A stretch of DNA of 64,000 nucleotides from Eledone cirrhosa (taxonomy: Eukaryota). The position numbers and the translations under genes were made by a program. Position 1 is the stretch's first letter; every line of letters starts with the position of its first letter. The notes beneath the pieces are model-generated. The model was not told where the DNA came from. It did not search any database and saw nothing but the letters and a program-made list of their open reading frames with translations. Of this stretch, positions 1 through 13,664 are shown one piece after another. The stretch spans positions 98,828,001 to 98,892,000 of the forward strand of contig OZ024745.1 in NCBI GenBank assembly GCA_964016885.1, written 5' to 3'.

Positions 1-489
1 AATTAACCATATGGGAATTTAAACTCAGAGAGCAGAGTGTCTCAGAACAAAGATCACGAGGCATGGTGCCCCAGTGGCTTTAAAATAAGCTATCATAAAC
101 CCTCCTCCGCAGAAAAAAAAAAAGTTTTAAATATTATTAAGTTCTAGCAAGGCAGGTGCAAGGGGCACTTAACCCCTGCTGGTGTCATAGGAGCACCTTC
201 GTTACATGCAGCATATCAAGGGCAGAACCTATCCTGCTTCATGTCAGTACACAATTGATTTCTGTGAGAGAGAGAGAGAATATAAAGGAATAGACTGGTA
301 CTTTATCGACCTCGAAAGAATAAAAGGCAAAGTCGACCTCTGTGGGATTTGAATTCAGAACGCAGAAAATTGGAACAAATGAAGCAAAGCATTCCATCCA
401 GTGTTCTAATGACTGTGTCACTTTATTGACTATGTTAAGTGCTAGAAATGAATAAATTGCAGTTAGCAGAATGAAAATGTGTTACTTAC

Positions 490-574
490 TTCTTCTTCTG
501 AGCAATCAGGTCTTTGTTCAGCAATAATCACAATTCTTTCATCTTTCAGAACATTTATAGAAAAGACCGCAATT
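490..574 (-). CDS. DIP2: DIP2 exon, (R)IAVFSINVLKDERIVIIAEQRPDCSEEE; gene continues beyond window start
   Basis: Manual translation, ag/gt boundaries; matches the DIP2 motif RIAVFSV...DERIVIVAEQRPD recalled from vertebrate DIP2C. Confidence 0.93.
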
Positions 575-1847
575 CTAGAATTAGAGAAAGAAAGATAATT
601 GAAATGTCTTTTTCCTTTTGTTCTAGTAATGGGTTCATGATTGAGTTAAATACACACACATATATATGTGTGTGTATGGATAACTCAATCATGAGTTATA
701 CATACATATATACATACATTGAGAAGAAATAAGCCAAACACTGCTAACTATTATTTGCTTTCGTATTTGAAATCACACACACACAATGGCAGCTTTATAA
801 AAAATATTACAAATAATATAATTTTTTTTTTGTGTTTTCATATAGGTTATTTAGTGTCTGAACAAATATAACTGCTCTGACTAGTTGCTTCTCACACAGG
901 CACAAGCTATATAAATTACTAAATATATTGGTGAAAAGGTGTAAGGTTCATAAGGTGTAGGCCTGTGTTACTTTTATTTGTAAAGCCTATGTCTTACATG
1001 GCTCATCACACAGGAATGGTAATGTCAACTTCAATGAAATTTGATCTAAAAACAGAGACAGATGAAACTAAATGTTGCAATACATATAATCTAATGTTCT
1101 ATTATTTTGGCTATCTCAACACAGTTCCTACAGCTGGATGCCCTTTGAAACACCACTCTCTTTACAGAGTGTACTGGGTGCATTTTATTGTGACACCAGT
1201 ACTACAGAGGTTGTAATGTGTTTGACACAACTAAAGAGTCCTCTTAATAACAATGAGTATATCATCATTATCATCAACATTTTACACCCATTTTTTCCAT
1301 GCTTGCATGGGTTAGATGGGTCTTTTCTACAACAAAGTCCTTTTGCTTGTTGCATTCTCTTGTCATCACTGTGTGGTTCAGCATTTTAAGATCTGATTTC
1401 ATTACTTCTGTCCAGGTCTTCTACTGCAGCTTCCTTCCAATGGGAACTTGTGCCACATCTTCACACAATAATCCTCATCCATACACATCACATGTGCATA
1501 CCAGCTCAAGCACACTCTCTTGGACACTACATTTGATTCCTCTTATACCCAGTTTTTCTCTCAACCAGTCCATACTTTGCTGTTCAATGTAGAATATTGC
1601 TTTCTAATTTAGGCACAAGACCAGCAAACTTGGGGGACAAGTATGTGTGTTGAAATCAACCTCAATACTTGACAGGTACATTATTTTATCGACCCTAAAA
1701 GAATGACAAGCAAAGTAGACCATAGTAGGATTTGAACTCAGAATGCAAATAACCAGAACAAATATCACAATTGTATTTTATCTGACACTCTTTTAATTCT
1801 GTTGAACCTCCACCCTCAATGTAGAATAAATATTAATATACAGTTAC

Positions 1848-1975
1848 CTTCCTCTATATATAAATTTCATTGGTTCAACAGCTAAAACAGTGGCAATAAT
1901 ATCATCTGTATTATGTCTTCGGCCAGATACAGTCATTAAACCTTCTTTACTTCCACATACAAAGACTAACCCCCC
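1848..1975 (-). CDS. DIP2: DIP2 exon GGLVFVCGSKEGLMTVSGRRHNTDDIIATVLAVEPMKFIYRG(R)
   Basis: ttttcag acceptor, gtaact donor; GRRHN-DDI-AT-LAVEPMKF motif. Confidence 0.95.
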
Positions 1976-2279
1976 CTGAAAAAGTATAAAGAAAAAATAT
2001 TAAACATATCAATTAGTATTTTGAAAGATCACAACACACTCAGGTTATAGAAATATTTATAAAACAATTGTCATTTACACATATAAAACTTCTGATTTAA
2101 AAAGAACAAACTATTCTCAGTGCATCATATAACTGAACAAAAATACAGCAATATTAGCGGTCAATCTTGCTCAAAAAGTGGTGCAAGAATGTGTGTATGT
2201 ATATTTCTATGTGTGTGTGTGTGTGCGTGCATATTTATATATGTATGTATGGCAACTATCCTCACCATCACTACACCTC

Positions 2280-2700
2280 CCATGCCATCCAGCAGGTCCT
2301 ATCAGAAACAACTGTTTCCAACTGATCTCCAAATGAGACCAACCGAGCTCATGGATGTTATCCAACCATCTTACTCGAGGTCTACCCCTGGGTCTCCTGC
2401 TGGTTGGTTTTGTCCATACAATCTGTCCAGCAATTCTTTCTTGAGATATACTAACCACATGCCCATAGTATCACAGTGGTGATCTCTCAATTTGGAGAAG
2501 TAGCAGTTCTACCTGGAGTGACCCTCTGATCTCCAACCCACGCACTCTATTGTGTAATGTTACTCCAAAGACCTTTTGAAGGAACCTCATTTCAGCAGTT
2601 TATATTTGCAATCGTATTCTTTTGATCATTACCCAAGATTCATGACCATAGGTAAGGGTTGGCATGAATACAGAATTGAAGACAGCGAGTTTGGCTTTTA
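2280..2700 (-). mobile_element. Decayed LINE 3' fragment (RTE-like)
   Basis: RRPRGRPRVRWLDNI in ORF 2207..2458(-); paralogue of 17541-17915. Confidence 0.75.
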
Positions 2701-3135
2701 CACCTACAATGATTGTGTACATTGTAATAGTTTACTGAGGTTGAAGAGAGTGATAGTATAGTGATGTTGAAGACAGTAGTGATAATTTAATGACATTGAA
2801 GATAAATAGTAACTGTCCATACAATTAGCCATGTCTGACACTCAGGTGACTTTGTGTCAACATTATGTCTATGTTGGATGTCAACTTATTCTACTGCCAA
2901 GTACCTGGTAACAGTTGACCTTATTAATTTGAAGGATTACCATAACTGAATACCACCAAACCAGTATCATTTAATGTTTAATTTAAGTTGATGGTTTATG
3001 ATGTTAAAAATAACATTAAAATAAGATTTATAGAGACTGTTTCAACTTTCGATCTAGTACACATAAAGTCTATCTCAAGAAAGGTGTTACAAATATGAAG
3101 AAAAATGATTTCAATCCATAGTAGGGATTACTTAC

Positions 3136-3216
3136 GGGGCCTAAAAATCCTAACAAGCCTGTGCGAACAAACATTTTATCTCCTATTGGTCGACCATCAC
3201 TTCGTAGTGGTTGAAC
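3136..3216 (-). CDS. DIP2: DIP2 exon VQPLRSDGRPIGDKMFVRTGLLGFLGP
   Basis: 81 nt, phase 0/0, gtaagt donor; RTGLLGF (adenylation-domain RTGD-equivalent) motif. Confidence 0.93.
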
Positions 3217-4697
3217 CTAGAAATGAATCAACAACAAAGAGAACGAGACACTCAATCAAGTGGAAGAAAGTAGTATTAATAATAGTGCTAATAATAACAA
3301 CAACAACAACATCAATAATAATTGTTTCTAACATAGACTCAAATCCATAAATTAAGGGGGAGGGGGTAATTGTACAGGTACTTTATTTTATTGGCCCCAG
3401 AAGGATCTAAGGTAAAAGTAACTAAGGTATTATTGGAACATAGACTGTAAAAAGTAGGAATACTGTAAGTTATTTGTCTGTTGCTCTAACACTTCCGCCG
3501 CCAACCTTCACCAATCTATGAAACTTACAATAACAATAATAGTTGGTCATCATCATCATCATCTATTGGTACATTTTTTTCTATCCATGGATTGGATAGG
3601 TCTTCTCCAGTACAGCATTCTGGAGAATGTTACAATTACTTGTCATCTCTTTTGAGAGGTTTTACCTCTTGAAGTTAGCAGCCTTCACCACTTCTCCCTT
3701 GGTCTTTTCTGCTGATTGTATCCACTTGGATCATCTAGAACTTCTTTACTCAACAATCGTCCTCCATTTACACCATAGTGCAATCTTCTCTTACTACACC
3801 AGATTCTTATACAAAGATTTTCTTTCAGCTTATTTGTACTCCATTGTTAATGCCCGCTAACATTACACATTTAGCAGAGTATGCTTACTATATTTTTTCC
3901 AGCTTAGCATTCACTGTTCATATATCATATAATCTGTCCTTCATTTGGAGAGGAAATCTCTCTGTAAAGGTAATAGTTCCAGGAAACCCTTCTATCACCA
4001 TTATTACTTTAGCTATTAGGTTATCAGAACACCAAGAGTAATTAAAAGATAACTGATAATTAATTGAGAGAAAATTCATTTGTATTCTGTTAGAATTATA
4101 ATAAACAGTACAAAATATTCTGAGCAGATGGTGTTATAATAGCAATATCCAGGATTACAGAAATGCACACGAAGCAGGAAGTTGCTACATTAGAAAACCA
4201 ATTTAAAAAAAAATGGCAATATATGTTGTATATATTATGCATGGACTTACACTCAGTAGGCACCTCTTAATCCAATATACATGCCACACCCATACACATC
4301 CCTTACTCTGTAAAGTTATGTTTGTACCACAAAACATCCAGCCCACACAGTAAAGTGGTCGTGTAGGTGTCACAACAAAAAGCACCCAACCCACAACGTA
4401 AAGTGGTCGTGTAGGGGTCACAACAAAAAGTACCTAGTCCACACTGTAAAGTGGTTGGCATTAGGAAGGGCATCCTGCTGTAGAAAACCAGCCAGAAACA
4501 GTCCTATATGAGCAAGATACGTTAACCGACCAATCTTGCCTCAAATGGGACAAATCCATCTAACCCATGCTAGCGTAGAAAATAGATGTTAAACGATGAT
4601 GATGATATGTTAACCAAGAGATTTGCTTCATTTCTACTGGTTACATAAATATAAAGAGATATGTTAAAGATCAAAATATAGGAAGGCAATAACGCAC

Positions 4698-4834
4698 CTG
4701 GAATGTGTTACTACTGAGTCCTTGCAACCCCCAATAGCTACCGCCAGTATAGCCAGCATATACACACAGTTCACCAACTTCATCTGTTTTACATAAGTAA
4801 GATAGACCCTCAGTTTTTATAACCACCATAACAG
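4698..4834 (-). CDS. DIP2: DIP2 exon (A)VMVVIKTEGLSYLCKTDEVGELCVYAGYTGGSYWGLQGLSSNTFQ
   Basis: cttacag acceptor, gtgcgt donor; LC-TDE-GELCV motif. Confidence 0.93.
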
Positions 4835-6785
4835 CTGTAAGAAAAAAAATAGATATTTGTTATCCAAATTTTAAGAATGTTAAACAATAACAAATATTTC
4901 TCTTCTTATTCATTGATTTCACATAAATACCAGGAATTATGTCGAATTGTAAAATAAACATAAAAGCAATTACTATAACTTATGTTTTCTTCTCGTTCAA
5001 TAGACACACAGCATAAAATAACAATTTATTAGAAAACTAAATATTTCCTCACATATAATTAGTAAGAGATCAATATTTGTTCATGAAGTTTCCAATTCTT
5101 GAACAATAAATTTATTACATTCATCTTAGTTGATAATATAATTAGGAACACAGCATGGCTGAATAGTTCCTGGGTTTGATCCCACAGTGTAGCATGTTGG
5201 TCAAGTATCTTTGCACAGGGTCAACCTAAGACTTGTGAATGAAATGAAGTGAACAGAAACTGTTTGGAAAACCATTGGATGGAGTGTGCCTGTAATTCAA
5301 AAGGCCAGTCTAGTCACACAGTTTGTCATGTTGAAGAATCTCCCTGAGAACTAAGTTAAGAGTACATATATCTGTAGAATGTTCAACCACTTGTATGTTA
5401 ATTTCATGAGCAAACTGTTCCATTGATTGAACAACTGGAACAGTCATTGTCAAAACCAACAGAGCCCCATTTCATACTATAATTATATTGAAAAGAAATT
5501 TAGTTTTGGAGTAACGAATTTACAAATAACTTTGGTACACAGGAGTTAATGAAAGAAATATATTTATTTTCATAACAGGACTATACAAATACTTAAAACC
5601 GTTGAAATCTTGAGGGAGATAACTAAACACTGAAAGAAACAAGTCAGTGCATCTGTTTCATAACATGCTAAACTAATCAAACTATTTAAAAAATTATTAT
5701 TTATTATCATTAGTGTAATAAATCAGTCAGGGTCAATGAAGGAAAAGAATTATATGATGAAACTTAGAATATACACTGGTTGGAGCTATACAGAATTGAG
5801 AAAGTATCTAACATCATGGTTAGATATATCTAGAGAGAGTAGGCCTCATTCTTTTCATTCTAGAGTTTAAACAAACAACATTAATTGTTGGTGCCCCTGC
5901 ATAGTCACAGTCTACTAGCTGGAACCAGTAATAGAAAACTAGTTTGGATAGTTTAAAAGGATGATTAGCTATGTCAGACATCAAATTTCTACACAAGAGT
6001 GAACTAGGATAGTATAAGACATCAACTAGAATGATTAGAACATAAGATGTAGGAGAAATAAAGCATATTTAACCCTTTAGTATTTACATTATTCTATATA
6101 AACTATAGTATTTTCAAAGTAAAAGCACTGTACACAATAATTTCATTATTATTATTATTATAATATTGAATCTATGAGATTTTGATATTTATTTTGAGAG
6201 CAATACCTTAACATCACTATAAGCAGCTGGTTACAGCCGGCTTGAACAGAAAGAGTTGAGAGAATTCTGGCTGGATAAGGTCAGTTTAAATGCTAAAGAG
6301 AAATAGCAGGAATTGAGTGATGAAAGGGTGAAGAATTAGGTAGAATGGCAAAATATATATGCTTGTATAGAAAGATATTTATTTTGTATAATTTCTATTT
6401 GATGTGTTGGCATTTAAATATTTTTTTATTTTATTGAGAATATCTGTGTAATCAGTCTAACTTATCCCTCAGTTTTCTCCTCCATTTCCACTTTCATTAA
6501 CTGTTCTGATACCAAATCACCTGAATCTGCTCCAGGTTCTACAATACAAAGCTGTCTGTTTTAAAGTGTTTATATTTTTCTAAAAACCTCCCATCATAAT
6601 TTTATGTAAGAAACACAATTTTAATAATGAGAAAGTTACTAAATTCATTTAAATATTTCTAAATCCCTTCAAATTCTTGATTATTTTCAAAATTATTTAA
6701 AAATTATAGGCAGTGTCTTTTGTAATAAATATGATGAGGAAAGGGTTAAGTTGGGATAATTTTGTTGAACACATTAGTTACTTAC

Positions 6786-6925
6786 CTCCAGGCATAACCT
6801 GGCCACAATCCTGTAGTGTAAGAGATGTCAGGCTGTTCTCACTATCAACTCTAACTACTCCAAAACTCAGGCCTTGCATTGACAGGATACCTCGGCCAGA
6901 AGTAGTGCTTCCTGTTTTACCAGGT
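6786..6925 (-). CDS. DIP2: DIP2 exon (R)PGKTGSTTSGRGILSMQGLSFGVVRVDSENSLTSLTLQDCGQVMPG
   Basis: Canonical splice sites; phases match neighbouring exons. Confidence 0.93.
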
Positions 6926-7067
6926 CTACAAGGAATATTGGTAGTTTACATTTAATTTAGTACAGAAACTGTTAGACCTAAGACATCATATAGAATCTCT
7001 TACATTATGTGATATTGTTCCCTATCATTCTAGAACATCTAAACAATCTGTGTGTGTGTATGCGTGT

Positions 7068-7107
<40 letters not shown>

Positions 7108-7190
7108 ATAATAATAAATTTGAAGACTAAAATCCAAAGAGGGCTCAATAAGGATAAATATATATCAAATATATAAGAACCGTAGAGCAA

Positions 7191-7948
7191 ATATTTATTA
7201 AAATAACAGATTAAAGTTTAAGCAAAGAATCGCTGCTTTCACCCTTAACAGGATCTTCTGAAACTAACAAAGTCAATCTGTGAACGCAGAAGTAAATATT
7301 TCAAAAAACGTTGCAACCGGAGGAAGACAGGAAGACGATACTTTGGTTCGTGGAAACGTTCCCTGGCAAAGAATGGGAAAAAATGAATATAGTACGCCAT
7401 GGCGAGCGTTTTCGCGTATGCTTGTGTATATGGATGCGTGCATGTATTTATTTAATTTCAATTACCTCTGTATTTTATTTACTTTATTCTTAACTCTGAA
7501 GCCGAGAATCATTCAGTTTCCTAGTTAGAATTTTAGTCTACGACTTCAGTTATACCATTTACGCGGTTTTGTCTTTGCGTGCAATTGTTCTCCCCGCTCC
7601 ACATATGACGTATTATCTTCGTTTTTTGCGTTCATTGCCAGAGAACATCTCTATGACCCACCTAATAGAATATTAGTCTACGACTTCTTTTATACCATAA
7701 ACGTGGTTTTGTCTTTGCGTGTAATTGTTTTTCACCGCTCCAAATAATGACGTATTATATTCATTTTTTCCCATTCTTTGCCAGGGAACATTTCCACGAA
7801 CCAAAGTATCGTCTTCCTGTCTTCCTCCGGTTGCAACGTTTTTTGAAATATTTACTTCTGCGTTCACAGATTGACTTTGTTAGTTTCAGAAGGTCCCGTT
7901 AAGGGTGAAAGCAGCGACTCTTTGCTTAAACTTTAATCTGTTATTTTA

Positions 7949-7956
<8 letters not shown>
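7191..7956. mobile_element. Foldback element with ~200-bp inverted arms, between (TA)n tracts
   Basis: 7191-7391 is the reverse complement of ~7756-7956; internal ~85-bp direct repeat. Confidence 0.8.
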
Positions 7957-7989
<33 letters not shown>

Positions 7990-8394
7990 CGTGTGTTTCT
8001 ATATGTGTGTGTTTGTGTATATATGTGTTTATATATGTGTGTGTGTGTGTATATAAAAAAATTATGAAATTGTTCATTTTTTTAATCTCTGACAAGTTTG
8101 TTTGACAGAAATTAATTGACTTGAGAGCACAATGTCTGTATTATTGATTTTAATTTCTTGTTAATGAAATGTGTGTAAGATAATAAATGATTTGATTCCA
8201 GCCAGAATTTGTCATTTATTTGACACACATGAACTAAGATGTTGCATGTGTTCAATTTTTCAGTTCTTACCTATGGGACTTTTATTTCAGATTTATTTAG
8301 TCTGTATGATTACAGTGCATTGGGTTTAATTATTTTGTCAAGTCAAAATTATATATACCGTAAAATGGTGATGATGATGATGATATATATATAT

Positions 8395-8566
8395 ATAAAT
8401 TTAAATAATTTTGAAAACTATACGATCCATTAGAAAATTAAAATTGCCAAGATAACAATAGAATTTTACCTTTAATAATTATTAAATTTGCTAAATTTCT
8501 ATTGTTATCTTGGCAATTTTAATTTTCTAATGCATTGTATGGTTTTGAAAATTATTAAAATTTATA
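8395..8566. repeat. ~170-bp imperfect palindrome (MITE-like)
   Basis: Arms pair around a centre at ~8480 (tttaataattattaaa). Confidence 0.8.
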
Positions 8567-9013
8567 TTTACTATTCAACAATGCTTCAAGCACACTACAA
8601 TACTCATATCATCATCATTTCATTTTACGTCCGCTTTTTCCCTGCTTGCAAGGGTGGGACGGGAACTGATTCTGGCTTGATTTCTACAGCTGGATGCCCT
8701 TCCTAACACCAACCTCATTTACAGTGAGTGCTGGGTGCTTTTTTGCCGTGGCGCCTACACGTCCACTTTACAGTGTGGGCTGGGTGCTTTTTTGCCGTGG
8801 CGCCTCCACGACCACTTTGCAGCGGAATGATAGGGACCCTAGTTCTATCATCTCATTTCTACAGCTGAGTAAACTGGAGCAATGTGAAATAAAGTGTCTT
8901 GCTCAAGGACACAACACATCACCCAGTCTAAGAATTGAACTCACAACCTTTCGATATATATTAATTTTTTTATGGAAGTATGTTTAGAATGCGGCAAGTG
9001 AAGTTTAGAATTG

Positions 9014-9428
9014 AAATAGAAGTAGAAACTTCACCGTAATATATTTTTTATAATGTAGTCTAATAATTGTTTCTACTTTTAGGCACAAGGCCAGCAATTA
9101 TCCCAGTGTATTACTGGTACTTTATTTTATTGACCCCGTAAGGATGAAAGGCAAAGTTAACCTCAGCGGGATTTGAACTCTGTCCGTAAAGGGACGTAAC
9201 TGTGCTACAAAGCATGGTGTCTGTAGTCTAATAATGGGGCGTAAAAACCCACTGAACGGAAAAAGATGGATATTAGCACACATGGTAACAAACCTACACC
9301 TCTTCTTTGCCGGATGAATATACTACCACGTGCTGATATTGATCTTTTTCCATTTAGTGGGTTTTTACGCCCCATTGGTAGACTATATTATAGTAAAAAA
9401 TATTACGGCAAAGCTTCTACTTCTATTT
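9014..9428. mobile_element. Palindromic MITE interrupted by a SINE
   Basis: Ends aaatagaagtagaaact / agcttctacttctattt; SINE at 9068-9221 with TSD tgtagtctaataat. Confidence 0.75.
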
Positions 9429-10096
9429 AAAAAAAAAAAATAATATATATATATATATGCAAGCGAGGAAAAGCGGACGTAAAATGATGATGATGTCATA
9501 TGTATGTGATCTTATCCTTTGAAACAATTGTAAACAAAGAAACACTTTTTCAAGTACTTTGGTTGTATTTTCTCTTACTATAACTTTGATATATATACAC
9601 ACACACACACACATACAAATATACAAGATATTAATCCTTCATCGGGAAAAAAAACCCGGCTGTTTTCCATATATATCATCATTTAATATCTATTTTCCCA
9701 ACTAGCAAGGGTTGGACTCTTTCTTTCGCTCTCACACACACACTTACCAACAGTTGGAGAAGTAGTAGTATAATATTTACAATACAGTAAGCAATCTTTG
9801 AAGTAAATAAACAAACTTACTAATTGCAGGTAAAAATATAAAAAGTTAGATGACAGCCTTATGGTGTTGTTGGTGTTTGAAAAAAGTGAGACAAAGGAAA
9901 TTTAACAGAGTTCAAATCATAATTATTTCTACATTAGGCACAAGGCCAGCAATTACCCAGTGTATTACAGAGTTCAAATCATAATGTTAATATAATAGGC
10001 TATTATGATTGTAACTAATAGCTAATTTTAAAAGATTTTCTGATATTAAATATATGAAAGAGATGAGGTTAATGAAGAATGTAAACATGAACTTAC

Positions 10097-10211
10097 CTTC
10101 GAACTGATACAGTAAGAGCTTCACAAGATCCAGCACATGGACAAATACTCTCCGGTTTCAAACCTTTTGATTGGAATACACTCAGGAAAGAATCACAGGA
10201 GGTTAGAGACC
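10097..10211 (-). CDS. DIP2: DIP2 exon (W)SLTSCDSFLSVFQSKGLKPESICPCAGSCEALTVSVR(R)
   Basis: Canonical splice sites; ICPCA-S-EALTV motif. Confidence 0.93.
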
Positions 10212-11508
10212 CTAATAGAAAAACAGATTGATTGTAAGGTACAATGTAAAAAGACATGTATGTTACAACTGTTATTATTATAATAATTAGGATACAAAAT
10301 AATCGTTTTTAATTTAGGCACAAGGCCAGCAATTTGAGTGGAGGAGAAAATTGATTATATCGACCCCAGTACTTGACTGGTACTTTATTAGTGAAGTATT
10401 GGGGTTGATATAATCGATTTTCCCTTCCCCTCAAATTGTTGGCCTTGTTAGAAGTCACACTATAAGGAGAATTCTTTGTAAGTGTTTAAAACATTGTGTT
10501 GTCTATTACAAAGGACTTTTAACTTCCCTCCCACTCAAAAATACTGCATCCACTTCTTTATTAAATCTTTTACTTTATTTTTTAGTGACTGTATTTCTAA
10601 TGAAATACACCATTTCAATTGAAGAATTTTGAAGGATTTACTAAAATTATTAATTATTTCATTGCTATAATAGTAACTTAAATTATAGTTCTTATACAAA
10701 ATTATGTTGGAAGATTTTAGTTGAAATAGGAATCTTATCTTTAAAAATGGGTGATTTTGTTTCGTAAAATCAGAGCCAGTTTTGACTGGGTTGCTACAAA
10801 AAGTGTTACAGTAATTCATTTTCAAAATTGCCTAACTGTGAACCTCTATTTCATGTACAAAATTCTGGCATTAAACTAAACTAACCTAACAAAAATCTGA
10901 ACTTTTCTTATACAGACATTACTCATGAGGCCTGGGGCAAAAGATAATGTTTCTCAAATCAGACTTCAACCTGTGTTACACCTCATACAACAATGTTAGT
11001 AACAACACAGTACTCCTTCCTTCAACCTGTGTTACACCTCATACAACAATGTTAGTGACAACACCAGAGAACCCCCTTCTAGCTACATATGTGTTGCAAT
11101 CAGTGTTACACCTTACACCAATGTTAGCAACATTACAATATCTCTTTTGCTTTGGTGTACATTATTAGGATCTACTTGATTGTCACAGTTAAAAGAGAGA
11201 AACTTAGTCGCAGAATAAGTGAGTAAAAACATTCTTGGTCTCTACAGTCATTAACAGTTAAAATAAGGAAAAAATAATACTAGCCCTGGAAAATGATGGT
11301 TTAGAAATATATATTGTGTGTGTGTGTTAAGAAAAGTGAATAAAAATATTAGTTTCATACATTCGTTGACATTTAAAAAGAGGTAAAAAACTGAGCTGTC
11401 CTGATGGTTTGAAATAGTGTGTGTGCATGTAAGATTACATATATGTTCATGTATTGATTTGTGTGAGCATTAAGTATGACATGAAAACAAGGTAGAACTA
11501 TAACTTAC

Positions 11509-11628
11509 AAGGATTGGCACCATCAGCGACCAGCAGCATTCGAAGAGTGTTGAAGTTGACATCTTTGTGATCTTTTTGGGCTAACAAGCCCCAATGCATA
11601 TCACGTGATTTCACTACAGCCACAGCAG
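11509..11628 (-). CDS. DIP2: DIP2 exon (A)AVAVVKSRDMHWGLLAQKDHKDVNFNTLRMLLVADGANP(W)
   Basis: Inside ORF 11498..11755(-); KSRDMHW and LRML-VADGANPW motifs. Confidence 0.95.
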
Positions 11629-12849
11629 CTGAAATAGGATTTAAAAACAATATTGAAATTTTAATGACAAATATGATAATGACGAGTGAGGGGTCAATAA
11701 TAAAGATGAACAGTAAATGCAGTGAGAAGCTGGAGGCTAAAGTATTGGTGATCAAACAGAGAAAATATAGGGTTTGGGAGGATTCTTCTGACTCAATGAG
11801 CCGCTAGTGCTGGTGCCACAATAAAATACACTCAGTACACCCTGTAAAATGTTAGTGTTGATGCCCAGTACACTCTGTGAAGTGGTAGTAGCGGTGCCAT
11901 TGAAAAATGAACACAGTACATGCTGTATGGTAGGTGGCATTAAGGACTTCCGGCCATAGATACCATGCCAGCATAGAAGGCAGATTTAAAATAATGATGA
12001 TAAAAAAAAAGGAAAATAATCTAAGTAAAAAAGATTTTGAATAATAGTAAACTTGGCGTTAAAACTACAAGTAAAAGTGGATCAGTCACAGGCTCCAGGG
12101 GAGACCAAGTGAAGAAATCTACTGATAACTTTGTGTATCCTTTGCAAAGGTATTATAAGAATATTCTACACTCTAGAATAGAAATGGTTGTTGAAAGAGA
12201 GAGAAAACAAATATCTGGTCATTAGATGAGAGCAATAAAAAAGGGAGTTGATTGTTAGATATTGAGATAGAAGTAGTACTGATATAGAACTGCAGTTGTA
12301 AAACATAGAAATAGATTATTTAGAAAAAAAATTCTAAATTAATAATGAAGAAAACAAAAGTATTACTTTAAAAGCTACGATATAATGACATTATAAAACT
12401 TGAGTTTAGTATTTCATAGTGATTAGAATGAAAACAATAATGATGTCTAATTTAGGCACAAAGCAGTTTAAAGGTGGGAGAAAGTCAATCACCTCAGCCC
12501 TAGTACTTGACTGGTACTTTATTTTATAGATATTGGAAAGACGAAATTGACCATGGCAAAGAATGTAGAAAGTCATAACTAAATTCTGCAAAGCATTTTT
12601 GCTGATGCTCTACTGATACTGCCAATCTACCATCCTTCATGAAAACAATAATGGTAATGAAATGAAATGAATCACCCAATAAAGATCTGAGGGTAAATTC
12701 TAAATCAAAACAAAAATATGCTTAATCTAAAATTCTGTCTGAAGATATATTGATTCTTCAACTCATGTTCAATGGAACAGAGAGGGAATAACTCACTGAA
12801 ACATAATTTAATAACAATGATTATTTAATGTTTCAAACAATCTTAATAC

Positions 12850-12943
12850 CTTTGTATTTTGTCACCATTTTCATCCAGGATGCTGGGTCAACTTTCATCA
12901 AAGAATAAGGAATGAAAATCACATGCATTCCATTAAAAACACT
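12850..12943 (-). CDS. DIP2: DIP2 exon SVFNGMHVIFIPYSLMKVDPASWMKMVTKYK(A)
   Basis: Canonical splice sites; MHVI-IPY-LMKV-P motif. Confidence 0.93.
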
Positions 12944-13599
12944 CTGGAATAGATATACAAAAATTAGAGATTTTTCTCATTTAATTTAAATTTATAATAT
13001 TGCTTCTTTGAGAGAATTCTTTCAATGAGATGATTTAATTAATATATATATATATGATCTCTTTTGAATGAAACAGTTCTAGTCCTGTAGAAGCCATTTC
13101 TATATTAAACTTGATATATATATATTTCTTTTTTAACACAAAAAAAAACAACAGATTTTCTGTTGACATAATTGAACTGTTTTAGTTAAGGATTTAAAAA
13201 CAAACAATTACGAAGGAATGGACCTCCATCAGTTTCGACGATGAGTGTAACAGTTTGATCAACAGAACAGCCTGCTCATGAAATTAACGTGTAAGTAGCT
13301 GAGCATTTTATTGACGCATGTACCTTTAATTCTCAGGGAGAATCAACAGAATGTGTGTGACAAGACTGTCCCTCTGACTTACAGGTACTGTCTATCTGAT
13401 GGCTTTCCAAAACAGTTTCCGTCTATCTAGTTTCATTAGCAAGGCATAGATTGACCTGAGGCAATGTAAAATGATACTTGTCTAAGATGTCATTCTGTGA
13501 CACCAAACCCAGGAGGATAATCCAATTATTGTGAAGCAAACTTCTTAACCATTCAGCCATGCTATGTCTGAAAAAACTATGAAACAAAATAATACTTAC

Positions 13600-13664
13600 A
13601 CACAATATGCCATGCCAGAGACCAACATCACGTTTGAAGTCTAGTACACAGACCATTACTTCTC
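13600..13664 (-). CDS. DIP2: DIP2 exon (G)EVMVCVLDFKRDVGLWHGILC
   Basis: Overlaps ORF 13423..13656(-); VLDFK-DVGLWHG motif. Confidence 0.93.

Noticed and set aside
7280-7867. Duplicated ORF MNAEVNISKNVATGG on both strands, and a hammerhead-like GAAGACGA..TCGTGGAAACGTT
   Set aside because: The ORFs come from the inverted arms; the motif lacks the CUGA core
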